Assembly: GCA_038257245.1 (NCBI GenBank)
Contig: JBBSJL010000001.1
Coordinates: 23,776-87,775, forward strand
DNA from: Candidatus Saccharimonadales bacterium
Lineage (GTDB): Bacteria; Patescibacteriota; Saccharimonadia; Saccharimonadales; JACQNP01
DNA: 64,000 nucleotides
Direction: 5' to 3'
Part shown: positions 36,783 to 45,402 of the stretch, in pieces
How positions within the stretch are numbered: the stretch's first letter is position 1
How the letters are laid out: each line of letters begins with the position of its first letter
Made by a program: the position numbers and the translations under genes
Notes under the pieces: generated by a model
Told to the model about the DNA's origin: nothing
The model's input: only the letters and a program-made list of their open reading frames with translations
Database searches by the model: none

Positions 36783-37835
36783 TTAAGCTATGGTGTATGT
36801 TGCTTTGGCTGTTCGTTTGAACTGCAGCTTACCTTGTAGATTCAATAGGATAGTCGTTTCTTTAACGTAGCGGCTTTTTAGAACTTCTTTAACGATTTCG
36901 TCTCGGTGCATTGGTTTGCCAGTTTTTTGTAGCACTTCTGTTATGACGTCGGCGACAGTCCCTTTGCTATAACCCCATTCTCTTAGTGCGTATATCCCAC
37001 GGCCGATAAGAACAAATCGTTTATCTTTGATAAGTTCGTTGTGAATTGCTTGTGTAGTTACATCTTTGCGTTTAAATTCAGAATCTTTAATGGCAGCAGC
37101 AATTTCGTTGAAGTGCATGTACTTACCATTTTCGCTAAGTATTACGTAGATCTTATCTCGAATATTCTTAGGGTTAACTAGCGGCCATTTGATAAGCCCC
37201 CAACGATCGTTAAGGGTAGCTAGTTTTTTAGAAGTAGATGCAAGTGCCCGAGTATTAGAAACATCCTTAAGTCCAGCCGCTTCAGATACTTCTCCAATAG
37301 AAGCTGGTTTAGCGAGTTTCTTAATTGCGTCGATTACCTTAATTACGTTTGCCTTAATTTTCTTTTCATCGTTAATCTTCTTTACGCCCACAGAAAGGTA
37401 GAAATTATCGTTCTCGTCAATTACTGCAATTTCTGGGCAAAGTGCTGACAGGAATGAGACTTTAGAATAATCTGTCTTCACTGCGGTTTTTATAATGACT
37501 GCAGTTAGATCAGTAATTCTGGATACGCCACCCAGTGTAGCTATGTGGTCTGTAAGAGTTTTTTGTACATCATTGATATGAGGAAGTTTCCCCTGCTCTG
37601 CTTGGGCTCGCATTCGAGTTAATATGGCTTTCTCAAGCTGTCGTACACGTTCCCTAGTGATACCCAGTAATTCACCAATTTGTTCGAGTGTTTCTCGTCT
37701 GTCGTATAAACCAAAACGACGTGAAATAATTTCTCGCTCACGTTCTCTATCAATTGACCCCAACACGTCTTTAATAATACCGTCTAGATTTAATTGATTT
37801 GTCGCTACTTCAGCCATATTGTTCCTTTTCCTCAT
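36783..37835 (-). CDS. sigma-70 region-4 HTH + tandem HARE-HTH domain protein
   Basis: The N-terminal segment ETLEQIGELLGITRERVRQLEKAIL is sigma region 4.2-like. Two C-terminal HARE-HTH-like units (YMHFNEIAAAI...RFVLIGRGIYALREWGY; GKPMHRDEIVKEVL...). No region 2 was seen. A likelier start is ATG 37817, after AGGAAAAGGA. Confidence 0.7.
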   Translation of the reverse strand: MRKRNNMAEVATNQLNLDGIIKDVLGSIDREREREIISRRFGLYDRRETLEQIGELLGITRERVRQLEKAILTRMRAQAEQGKLPHINDVQKTLTDHIATLGGVSRITDLTAVIIKTAVKTDYSKVSFLSALCPEIAVIDENDNFYLSVGVKKINDEKKIKANVIKVIDAIKKLAKPASIGEVSEAAGLKDVSNTRALASTSKKLATLNDRWGLIKWPLVNPKNIRDKIYVILSENGKYMHFNEIAAAIKDSEFKRKDVTTQAIHNELIKDKRFVLIGRGIYALREWGYSKGTVADVITEVLQKTGKPMHRDEIVKEVLKSRYVKETTILLNLQGKLQFKRTAKATYTIA

Positions 37836-37860
37836 CTGTTAATACATATGCTTTACCATA

Positions 37861-37889
37861 ATTGTAAAACAAATGTTACTAATAGTCAA
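37861..37889 (-). promoter_or_regulatory. promoter of the sigma-r4/HARE-HTH gene
   Basis: On the minus strand: TTGACT (37889-84), 17-nt spacer, TACAAT (37866-61). Confidence 0.5.
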
Positions 37890-38003
37890 CAACAATGTGT
37901 TGTATATCTCTATTTTAGCACGAAATGGACTATATTACTCAAAAAGTGTTGTAGAAATACTATAGGACCATAGCCTTGCACAGATACAAAATTGTGGAAA
38001 AAA

Positions 38004-40322
38004 TTACTTTTTTTGGGCTTTTCGTTTGAAACTACGTTTTTTCTTGGCAGGAGCCTTATCGAGCATTACTTTGCATTCGGCCTCTGTTAATTTGCTAGCG
38101 TCGGTAGATTTTGGAATTCGAGCGTTCTTAGTACCATCAGTAATGTAAGGACCATACGGTCCGTTAATAACGCTTATGCCGCTGTCAAACTGGTTGATAT
38201 ACTTGTTAGCTTCCTTCTCAAGCTTGGAAGCGTATAACTCTAAAGCCTCTGTCTCTGTAATTGTGAAAGGATCAAGAGGCTTAATTGACACATAGAGTTT
38301 GTCGACTTGAATGTATGGGCCAAATCGTCCGAGGTTAGCTTTAATGTCTTTACCGTCTGATGTCCGGCCGACCACACGAGGAAGTTTAAACATTTCCAAG
38401 GCTTCTTCCAGCGTAACGGTTTCTAGCTTTGCTCCTTTTGGCAATGGCGCAAACTTTGGTTTGTCTGCTGATTTGTCATCCTTGGGCGGATTACCCAACT
38501 GAAGCATTGGTCCATAACGTCCAAACCTTGCTAGTACTGGTAGGCCAGTTTTCGGATCAGTCCCAATTTCTCGGGCTTGGGCCACAGTTGCCCTATCAAT
38601 TTCTCCTGAATTTTCTATAAGTTCGTGGAAAGGTTTGTAGAATTCGTCTAGCATGCCGTTTCTGGATAGTTTGGCATCAGCTATCTGATCAAACTCTTCT
38701 TCGACATGAGCTGTAAATCCATAGTCGACCACTTGGTTAAAGTGCTCACTTAAGAAGTCACTAAGTACCTTACCGCTTGCAGTCGGGACAAGTTTCCCTT
38801 TATCAGATCCAGTTTTTTCTTGGATTATTCCACTTGTTACATTGTTGTTTTCTAGTTTAATGACAATGATATCGCGTGGCTCACCTTCGGTTTCACCTTT
38901 TTCGGCATAACCTCGTATTTGAACAGTATTAATTATGGTCGCGTATGTTGACGGCCGACCAATACCCAGTTCTTCCAACCTCTTAACTAGACTTCCTTCT
39001 GTGTATCTTGCGGGAGGTCGGGCAAAAATTTGTTTAGCGTTTGCCTCACGGAGTTCCAGAATGTCATCAGTTTTTAGTGGTGGCAGGATTTCGCTGTCTT
39101 TACCGCCGCCGTAAACCTTCAGGAAGCCGTCAAATATAATAACTTCACCTTTTGCTTCAAAAACCTGGTCAGTAGCTGAAATAGAAATCGTAATGACAGT
39201 TTTCTCCAGTTTTGCAGGAGACATTTGACTTGCTAACGTTCGGCGTCGTATCAGATCATACAGCTTTTGATTATATGTATCGCTGCTGGCTTGTTCGATA
39301 GTTACGTCCGTTGGGCGAATTGCTTCGTGAGCTTCCTGAGCACTGGCAGATTTGGTTTTGAACTTCCTGACTTGGTGGTATTCTTTGCCGTAAGTTTTAG
39401 TAATATAATCCGTCATTTGTGAAAGTGCTTGACCGCCAATGTTGACTGAATCAGTACGCATATAAGTTATCTTACCGTCTTGGTAGAGTTTTTGAGCTGA
39501 CGACATAGTTGCTTTTGAGCTGAATCCTAGTTTCGCATTAGCTTCTTGCTGCAGAGTGCTGGTGGTGAAAGGCGTACTTGGGTTGCGCGTTCCTGGGCTG
39601 GTCATTACATTGGTGACACTAAATTTTGCATCAACAAGTTTTTCCAGAAAAGCCTTGGCTTCTTCTTCCGTGTCAAACCTGTTAGGTAGTTCCGACTTAA
39701 TGATTGATGAGTCAATCAAAAATTCAGCTGTAATCTTGAAAGAAAATGAACTCTCAAAACTTTCAATTTCTCTTTCGCGCTCTACTAGCAGTCTCACGGC
39801 CGGTGATTGAACACGACCGGCTGACTTACCGCCTGGAACTTTTTGCCACACAACCGGAGAAAGCTCAAAGCCTACAATTCTATCTAGTATTTGTCTGGCC
39901 TGTTGAGCCTCTACCAAGCGCATATCAACTGATCTTGGGTTTTTGACAGCTTCATCAATTGCCTGTTTGGTTATTTCGTGGAAGACGATACGCTTGGTCG
40001 TTTTGAGGTCAAGTTTTAATACTTCACACAAATGCCAAGCAATGCCCTCGCCTTCTCGATCTTCATCAGTTGCTAGCCAAACGGTATCGGCAATTTTAAC
40101 GGCTTTTTTAAGATCAGCAATAATTTTCTTTTTTTCAGGGTCAGTTTCGTAGGTTGTTTTAAATCCGTTTTTGACATCAATAGGTTCCACCCCGCCTTTA
40201 ACTTTTTTGGCGATGGAACGAATATGACCAACACTTGACCGCACTACGAAATCTTTACCGAGGTATTTTTCAATAGTTTTGGCTTTTGCCGGTGACTCAA
40301 CGATTACTAAATTTTTTGCCAT
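38004..40322 (-). CDS. topA: DNA topoisomerase I
   Basis: 772 aa. TOPRIM start (LVIVESPAKAKTIEKYLG), active-site Tyr region (ITYMRTDS), basic C-terminal tail. Confidence 0.95.
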   Translation of the reverse strand: MAKNLVIVESPAKAKTIEKYLGKDFVVRSSVGHIRSIAKKVKGGVEPIDVKNGFKTTYETDPEKKKIIADLKKAVKIADTVWLATDEDREGEGIAWHLCEVLKLDLKTTKRIVFHEITKQAIDEAVKNPRSVDMRLVEAQQARQILDRIVGFELSPVVWQKVPGGKSAGRVQSPAVRLLVEREREIESFESSFSFKITAEFLIDSSIIKSELPNRFDTEEEAKAFLEKLVDAKFSVTNVMTSPGTRNPSTPFTTSTLQQEANAKLGFSSKATMSSAQKLYQDGKITYMRTDSVNIGGQALSQMTDYITKTYGKEYHQVRKFKTKSASAQEAHEAIRPTDVTIEQASSDTYNQKLYDLIRRRTLASQMSPAKLEKTVITISISATDQVFEAKGEVIIFDGFLKVYGGGKDSEILPPLKTDDILELREANAKQIFARPPARYTEGSLVKRLEELGIGRPSTYATIINTVQIRGYAEKGETEGEPRDIIVIKLENNNVTSGIIQEKTGSDKGKLVPTASGKVLSDFLSEHFNQVVDYGFTAHVEEEFDQIADAKLSRNGMLDEFYKPFHELIENSGEIDRATVAQAREIGTDPKTGLPVLARFGRYGPMLQLGNPPKDDKSADKPKFAPLPKGAKLETVTLEEALEMFKLPRVVGRTSDGKDIKANLGRFGPYIQVDKLYVSIKPLDPFTITETEALELYASKLEKEANKYINQFDSGISVINGPYGPYITDGTKNARIPKSTDASKLTEAECKVMLDKAPAKKKRSFKRKAQKK

Positions 40323-40356
40323 TAATGCTTATAGTTTACCTATTTATAAGTTAACA

Positions 40357-40399
40357 GCAAGCAGACTACGTGTTTTTTGCAAAGATTGCAAGTCTGCTT
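40357..40399. repeat. 10-bp perfect inverted repeat upstream of topA
   Basis: CAAGCAGACT (40357-66) / AGTCTGCTTG (40390-99) with a 23-nt loop containing TGCAaagatTGCA. Lies 35-77 nt upstream of the topA start. Confidence 0.45.
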
Positions 40400-40409
40400 G
40401 AGGTAAGTT

Positions 40410-40595
40410 TTAGCTATTTCCCAGTCTGTACCCGGCCCAAATACCAAGAATGGCGCCAAAGGTACTAAAAAGTATCCCCCAAATACCGAATATGTTTCCG
40501 TGGTCTAAAACGCTGCCTAGCCATCCACCCGCAATAGAACCTATGCCGATGTCTATATATATGTATGTTTTCGTTTCCACAATTTTATAATACAC
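40410..40595 (-). CDS. small membrane protein (GlsB/YeaQ/YmgE-like)
   Basis: G-rich two-TM pattern (IGSIAGGWLGSVL...FGIWGILFSTFGAILGIWAGY). GTG start is uncertain. Confidence 0.4.
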   Translation of the reverse strand: MYYKIVETKTYIYIDIGIGSIAGGWLGSVLDHGNIFGIWGILFSTFGAILGIWAGYRLGNS

Positions 40596-40609
40596 CTAGT
40601 ACTGTGTTT

Positions 40610-41467
40610 CTAGTATCGTATCCAATGTCCAGATCCAGCAGGACGGATTTTTTTAGTTATTTCTAGCATAGTTAGGGTTTGGCTAAACTCTTGATTACCC
40701 AGCTTGCTTTTAATTAATAATTCTTCACCGTTTGTAATACCTTGGCTGAGGAGGTCTATGATTATTTGTTCTTGCCTGTTAGCGGCAAATATTTCTTTTT
40801 CTGTGGATATAGCTTCTAGCTCTAAGGCGTTCAAGATGTCTGTCGCCGAGGCTATGGGCACAGCACCCGTACTAATTAAGTTATTTGTACCTTCGCTTTG
40901 GGGACTATTTATATTACCTGGAACGGCCATGACGACTTTCCCTTGCTCTAGTGCGAAGTTTGCAGTATGAATTGTTCCGCTTAGTCGGCTTGCTTCAGTA
41001 ATTAATGTACCATCACCTAATCCCGCTACTAATCTGTTCCTAGCTATAAAGTTTTGCTTCAGTGCTGGCATTCCTGGTTCGTATTCGCTTAGTAGTAGAC
41101 CTCCACGCTCTAATATTCTAATTGCAAGGTTACGATGTGAGGACGGATAAATGTTATCCAGACCTGCCGGCAAAACAGCTATGGTCTCCCCTCCAGCATC
41201 TAGTGCAGCTTGATGCGCAATAGAGTCGACGCCCAGGGCTAGACCACTAATAATGACAACTCCATACCCAGCAACCTCATGCACTAGATTGGCAGTAACT
41301 TGTCTACCATAAGCAGTAACCTTGCGACTACCCACAACAGATAGAGTATATTTACGATTTAAGAGATCTGTATTACCAATTACGTAGAGTTTTTTAGGAG
41401 GCGACGGTATACAGGCCAAGCGGCTAGGGATATCGTTTTCTTTAAGCGTTAGCAAATTGACATTCAT
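40610..41467 (-). CDS. dprA: DNA-processing protein DprA
   Basis: 285 aa. Rossmann-like core (VVGSRKVTAYG..., ISGLALGVDSIAHQAAL, GGLLLSEY) and a C-terminal wHTH. The dprA-topA synteny is classic. Confidence 0.9.
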   Translation of the reverse strand: MNVNLLTLKENDIPSRLACIPSPPKKLYVIGNTDLLNRKYTLSVVGSRKVTAYGRQVTANLVHEVAGYGVVIISGLALGVDSIAHQAALDAGGETIAVLPAGLDNIYPSSHRNLAIRILERGGLLLSEYEPGMPALKQNFIARNRLVAGLGDGTLITEASRLSGTIHTANFALEQGKVVMAVPGNINSPQSEGTNNLISTGAVPIASATDILNALELEAISTEKEIFAANRQEQIIIDLLSQGITNGEELLIKSKLGNQEFSQTLTMLEITKKIRPAGSGHWIRY

Positions 41468-41486
41468 ACAAATATGTATTTAAGTA

Positions 41487-41515
41487 TTGACATAATGTCA
41501 TAAATTTGCTAGAAT
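41487..41515 (+). promoter_or_regulatory. near-consensus sigma-70 promoter
   Basis: TTGACA (41487-92), 17-nt spacer, TAGAAT (41510-15). No ORF follows for ~380 nt. Confidence 0.65.
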
Positions 41516-41521
41516 AGCAAC

Positions 41522-41878
41522 CTGTAAGTACGCTATATGCGTTCTTACGTACCTTACACCCCTATTCTAACAATATTGTTAGATTGTTTTAGAGCGTGCT
41601 GGCTTAAGTTGTTACCCTCCACTTATCTAGCTTTAATTCGCTTGCGAGTTAAAAACATGCGTTCTAAAACAAACTAACCCCTTTAAGACACCCCACGTCC
41701 GCGTGGGGACCCCTTCTCGTAAGGGTCCGTCCCGTTTAGAGTGAGTCTAGACGATTCCAGCTTGCTGGAGACACAGAGCTGTAACTTATTGGCTTCTGAT
41801 GTTTCACTGGGTGGGCTTAAAGGGTGTAAATGACCTCCAGCGGTGCCCACCCCCTCTGGAGGTCTTTTATATTTGTAA
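41522..41878 (+). ncRNA. candidate ~350-nt structured RNA of unknown family
   Basis: Bounded by a promoter and an intrinsic terminator. At least six hairpins were verified by eye (41524-48, 41566-83, 41586-93/41663-70, 41691-708, 41711-25, 41756-69). GGGTGGGC (41809-16) is complementary to the terminator loop GCCCACCC (41855-62). Confidence 0.45.
41842..41878 (+). terminator. intrinsic terminator
   Basis: GACCTCCAG (41842-50) / CTGGAGGTC (41866-74), 15-nt loop, then TTTT. Confidence 0.8.
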
Positions 41879-41900
41879 AAATTGTGCTATAATAATTGTA

Positions 41901-42125
41901 ATGAGTGATGACGGAGAAAAAGGTTTTGGTAGTGAATATGCGCAGGCTGTAGCTGCCCTGATTGAAGCTTCTGGATTTCAAAAAGATGGTAGTCATACAA
42001 CACCTGAAGCTGCCGCTAGTAGACGATCACTATTATCCATAACTGGTATACTAGCAAAATCACTAGGTGAAGTTACCTCACCCTTATATTTAGAGCCCCA
42101 AGAACCTAGTTCAGGAAGCTTCTAG
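41901..42125 (+). CDS. hypothetical 74-aa protein, possibly leaderless
   Basis: The ATG at 41901 lies 7 nt after an extended -10 (TGC-TATAAT, 41885-93). The longer ORF form from 41799 would run through the terminator. The 3' end overlaps pth convergently. Confidence 0.3.
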   Translation: MSDDGEKGFGSEYAQAVAALIEASGFQKDGSHTTPEAAASRRSLLSITGILAKSLGEVTSPLYLEPQEPSSGSF

Positions 42126-42756
42126 TCTCACTGACTAGACTGTTCCCATAGATATACTCGGTAACTAGTGCACTGACTTCGCGAGTTAGTAGATTTAAAC
42201 TAGACTGTTCTTCCTTAGAAAATTTTTGCAAAACGAAATCGGCACTGTCGATCTTAGCGGAATGGTCATTATCGATACCAATACGTACCCGTCCAGTTTT
42301 TTGTCCGGAGTCCTCGCCTAGTTGCTCAAGGATGGACTTTATACCGTTGTGCCCCGCTGAGCCACCACCAATTCTTGTTCTGATCTGACCAAAGGATATA
42401 TCAAGTTCATCGTGGATAATTATGGTGTCATCAGCTGTAATCTTATAAAAACTCATTACTGATTGAACAGCCTGACCACTGATATTCATAAAAGTTGTAG
42501 GTTTTATTAGAATAATTCGTTGATCACCGGCTTTGCCCACAGAAATTTCTGATTTCAAATCCTTTTTAGTTATCCAATCAGGCAGGTCAAGGGCTAAACG
42601 CAATTTATCGATACACATAAAACCTATATTGTGCCTCGTAAGATCGTATTCTTTGCCTATATTACCCAGTCCAATAATAAGAGTAGATTTCTGAAGCCCG
42701 ACAGTATAGAGGGGTGCTGATGTGCTGCTTTGAGGCTTTTTTTGAAACAATGCCAT
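42106..42756 (-). CDS. pth: peptidyl-tRNA hydrolase
   Basis: LIIGLGNIGKEYDLTRHNIGF N-terminal signature and GGGSAGHNGIKS motif. Confidence 0.95.
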   Translation of the reverse strand: MALFQKKPQSSTSAPLYTVGLQKSTLIIGLGNIGKEYDLTRHNIGFMCIDKLRLALDLPDWITKKDLKSEISVGKAGDQRIILIKPTTFMNISGQAVQSVMSFYKITADDTIIIHDELDISFGQIRTRIGGGSAGHNGIKSILEQLGEDSGQKTGRVRIGIDNDHSAKIDSADFVLQKFSKEEQSSLNLLTREVSALVTEYIYGNSLVSETRSFLN

Positions 42757-42788
42757 GGACTTAGGTTATAGGTAATAGATTGCAGTGT

Positions 42789-44180
42789 CTAGTCTTTGGT
42801 GGGACTTCGGCCGTGTTTGTGTGTAACGTGCTTTTCAAAAAACCACATTTTTATGGCTGTACCAGAAAACCCAAAGCTTTCTCGAAACTCACGTTCCAGA
42901 TATCGTTTATAAGACCAGTGCAAAAACTTTGTGTGAGATCCGTAGACCTTAAAATTGGTTGGATTCTGTTCTTCTTGAATCATGTAGTTCAGCTTTGGAG
43001 CCCGATTTTTTAGCCCGGCAGGTGGATGCTTTTCGGTTACGGTTTTGAGCCAGCGATTTAACTTGGCTGTAGTTACATGGGTTTTTTGGACTTCGTCGAT
43101 CTCGGTAACTATTTCGAATAGCTTGGTAACATTTTGGCCAGTTACAGCACTTGTGAATATTAGGCTTGCCCACGGCACAAAGTCGTAAATATGTTTGATC
43201 TGTGCGGCCATCTGGTCACGTGTGAAAGGTGTTTTGTCTTCCAGGCTGTCCCATTTGCTAACTACGAGCACCAGACCTTTATTAGCCTCCTTAATGGCAC
43301 CTGCTAGTTTTTGGTCTAAGGCTACACTAAGCTCGTTAGCATCCATAAGGAGTAAACAAACATCGGCTCGTTCTATAGCGCTAAGCGATCTGATTACACT
43401 AAAATGCTCGACTCCCCGCTCTATTTTCCCGTTACGGCGAATGCCTGCCGTGTCCATTATAATAATTTCTTTTTTGTTAAACATAACAGAAGTTTTGTTA
43501 ATGTCCCTTGTAGTTCCAGCTCTATCGGCTACGATCGCCTGCTGCTTCTTTACCAAGCTATTAAAAAGATATGACTTACCGACGTTTGGCCGACCGATCA
43601 ATGCAACTGATATCTGTTCTTCGGACTGTTTGAAGGTTGCTTCAGGTATTAGATCAATAGTTTGGCCTAGGAGTTCGTGAATGCCTCTGTTTTGGGTGGT
43701 GCTAGTTAAATATATATCTTTGATGCCAAGTTTTTGAAACTCTTTAGTGGTCGCCTTGTGGTTTTTATCTATCTTATTTACAATCAACAGAACTGGTTTT
43801 TTGGACTTTAGAGCCATCTTGGCAACTCTTCGATCTTCTTCTGTGATGATTGTGTCAGATTCAATCACAACCCATATTACATCTGCACTGTCGGATGCCT
43901 GTGTTATCTGTTCCTGGATCGTATATTCGAAGTCGTCCTCGGCGGTTTTTATGCCGGCCGTATCGACTAGCCAAAAATCTTGGTCATCGTAGCTGGCCTT
44001 TTCCCATATTGAATCGCGGGTTGTGCCGGCTTCTTGGGCGACAATTGCCTCTCGCTTTCGCAGGACAGAGTTAAAAAGGCTGGACTTGCCAACATTGGCC
44101 CGCCCAACAATCGCAATTATAGGTATAGAATTACTGCTCATACTTTCATTCATTATAACAGAGGTAAGGTATATTGACAA
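42789..44180 (-). CDS. der: ribosome-associated GTPase Der (EngA)
   Basis: Two tandem GTPase domains (GRANVGKSS / DTAG; GRPNVGKSY / DTAG) plus a C-terminal KH-like domain. The true start may be an internal Met (44153 or 44141). Confidence 0.95.
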   Translation of the reverse strand: MSIYLTSVIMNESMSSNSIPIIAIVGRANVGKSSLFNSVLRKREAIVAQEAGTTRDSIWEKASYDDQDFWLVDTAGIKTAEDDFEYTIQEQITQASDSADVIWVVIESDTIITEEDRRVAKMALKSKKPVLLIVNKIDKNHKATTKEFQKLGIKDIYLTSTTQNRGIHELLGQTIDLIPEATFKQSEEQISVALIGRPNVGKSYLFNSLVKKQQAIVADRAGTTRDINKTSVMFNKKEIIIMDTAGIRRNGKIERGVEHFSVIRSLSAIERADVCLLLMDANELSVALDQKLAGAIKEANKGLVLVVSKWDSLEDKTPFTRDQMAAQIKHIYDFVPWASLIFTSAVTGQNVTKLFEIVTEIDEVQKTHVTTAKLNRWLKTVTEKHPPAGLKNRAPKLNYMIQEEQNPTNFKVYGSHTKFLHWSYKRYLEREFRESFGFSGTAIKMWFFEKHVTHKHGRSPTKD

Positions 44181-44240
44181 GAATTTACAATGATGTCAAA
44201 AATTATTGGACTTGTCGTTACAATATGCTAAAATTGCATC

Positions 44241-44337
44241 ATGGCAATTATCAACAAGACAACAAAGAAGATTCAGCCCTAGACGGTCTGCTTTTTATTG
44301 TCCAAATAAGAACCCCAGATCGTCGGGGTTCTTTTCT
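44241..44337 (+). ncRNA. short promoter-to-terminator unit (sRNA or leaderless 13-codon ORF)
   Basis: TTGGAC (44206-11), 17-nt spacer, TAAAAT (44229-34). An ATG 6 nt later opens MAIINKTTKKIQP* (44241-82). Terminator at 44308-37. Confidence 0.35.
44308..44337 (+). terminator. intrinsic terminator
   Basis: AAGAACCCC (44308-16) / GGGGTTCTT (44325-33), 8-nt loop, then a T-rich tail. Confidence 0.75.
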
Positions 44338-44399
44338 ATTTGAGAATAGGATTCATTTAGGGCAAAAAGAAGCGAGACCACTAACTAAGGAAAAAAATT

Positions 44400-44753
44400 A
44401 TGTATATAACGGATTCAGAACTACTCCCAGACAAATATCGCGAACTTTTGGCTTCAGATAGAGACTTGCTGGTATCTGGTCGCCCACTTAATATATGGCG
44501 GTTAGGTGGTAAAGACTCGCACCTGTATGATTGCGAAGAAGTTATACAAATGTCATTTAGGCCAACTCTAGCTGTCGAAACGGAAATTAATCCACAGTCC
44601 AATCGAGAAATATCTCCGGCTTTCACCGGTATATTTGTTGTTATTACAGGGATTAACTACGAAACTGGTGACGAGTACAGGTTTGGTATAAAGGACAGCC
44701 TTAACTTTTGTTTGCAGTCTCTTGATTCTGTACTGCGCACCACTTGCCCATAG
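44400..44753 (+). CDS. hypothetical protein
   Basis: 117-aa ORF with AAGGA 9 nt upstream of the ATG. Its 3' end overlaps the convergent pseudouridine synthase gene by 53 nt. No motif recognised. Confidence 0.4.
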   Translation: MYITDSELLPDKYRELLASDRDLLVSGRPLNIWRLGGKDSHLYDCEEVIQMSFRPTLAVETEINPQSNREISPAFTGIFVVITGINYETGDEYRFGIKDSLNFCLQSLDSVLRTTCP

Positions 44754-45390
44754 GTAGATTGTCTAGCTTATATTTGTCTAATCTAATTCTGTGCAATGAA
44801 ATAGTAATGTATTTAAGCTCACTAAATGTTCGCCGTATTTGCCGGTTTCGGCCTTCGTGCATTGTGATTTGCCACTTCAGTCTATCAGGGCTAAGTGATG
44901 TTAACGCAAGCCTACTGTGTCCATCAGTCAATTTTATCCCTGTTTCAGAAATCGATATTTGGTCATGAAGCACTAAGGGCTTATCAAGCTCAACTTCGTA
45001 TACCTTTTCTTTTTTCTTGGAGGGATGAGTTAAGTTATTCGCGAGATCTCCGTCATTGGTCATGATTAGTAGTCCCGAAGAGTCTTTATCTAACCGTCCA
45101 ACAGGATTAAGGTTATGTAGCTCAGGTGGCAGTAAGGAATATATTGTTTTACTCCCCTGGCCATTTCTTGAGCAGACAAACCCCCTAGGCTTGTTAAGCA
45201 AAAAGGTCGTGTTCGTTTTTTCTACAGTCTTAAATGTTCGCCCACCGTAGGTAACGTTATCTACGTCAGAAACGATTTGTCCCATTTTAGCGACCTGATT
45301 ATTTACAATAACCAGACCACTTTCTATAGCCTCATCAGCTTTTCGACGAGATAATTTGGTGTTTAATGCTAGGAACTTATTGAGTCGCAC
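44701..45390 (-). CDS. pseudouridine synthase, RsuA/RluB family
   Basis: N-terminal S4 domain (MRLNKFLALNTKLSRRKADEAI) and catalytic motif PVGRLDKDSSGLLIMTNDG. Confidence 0.9.
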   Translation of the reverse strand: MRLNKFLALNTKLSRRKADEAIESGLVIVNNQVAKMGQIVSDVDNVTYGGRTFKTVEKTNTTFLLNKPRGFVCSRNGQGSKTIYSLLPPELHNLNPVGRLDKDSSGLLIMTNDGDLANNLTHPSKKKEKVYEVELDKPLVLHDQISISETGIKLTDGHSRLALTSLSPDRLKWQITMHEGRNRQIRRTFSELKYITISLHRIRLDKYKLDNLPMGKWCAVQNQETANKS

Positions 45391-45402
45391 ACACTAATGG
45401 TA

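Noticed and set aside
41522-41878. Attempted assignment of the structured RNA to RNase P RNA, tmRNA, SRP RNA, or a T-box/cobalamin leader.
   Set aside because: - RNase P: no GAGGAAAGUCC/ACAGAA..CGGCUUA P4 pair at sensible spacing. Only AAGGGTCCG and GGCTT were found, 65 nt apart.
- tmRNA: no tRNA-like 5'/3' ends or GGTTCGAATCC T-arm, and no ...ALAA tag frame.
- SRP RNA: no GGUCCGGAAGGAAGCAGC SRP core.
- T-box: GGGTGGGC resembles the T-box core, but there is no specifier/AG-bay/K-turn context and no aaRS or amino-acid gene downstream.
44174-44461. ORF-track entries 44174-44461(+), 44381-44626(-) and the long form 41799-42125(+).
   Set aside because: Each would be translated straight through a strong intrinsic terminator hairpin and/or a promoter (44308-37; 41842-78) and has no RBS. 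Shorter alternatives (44400-44753; 41901-42125) or non-coding interpretations fit better.
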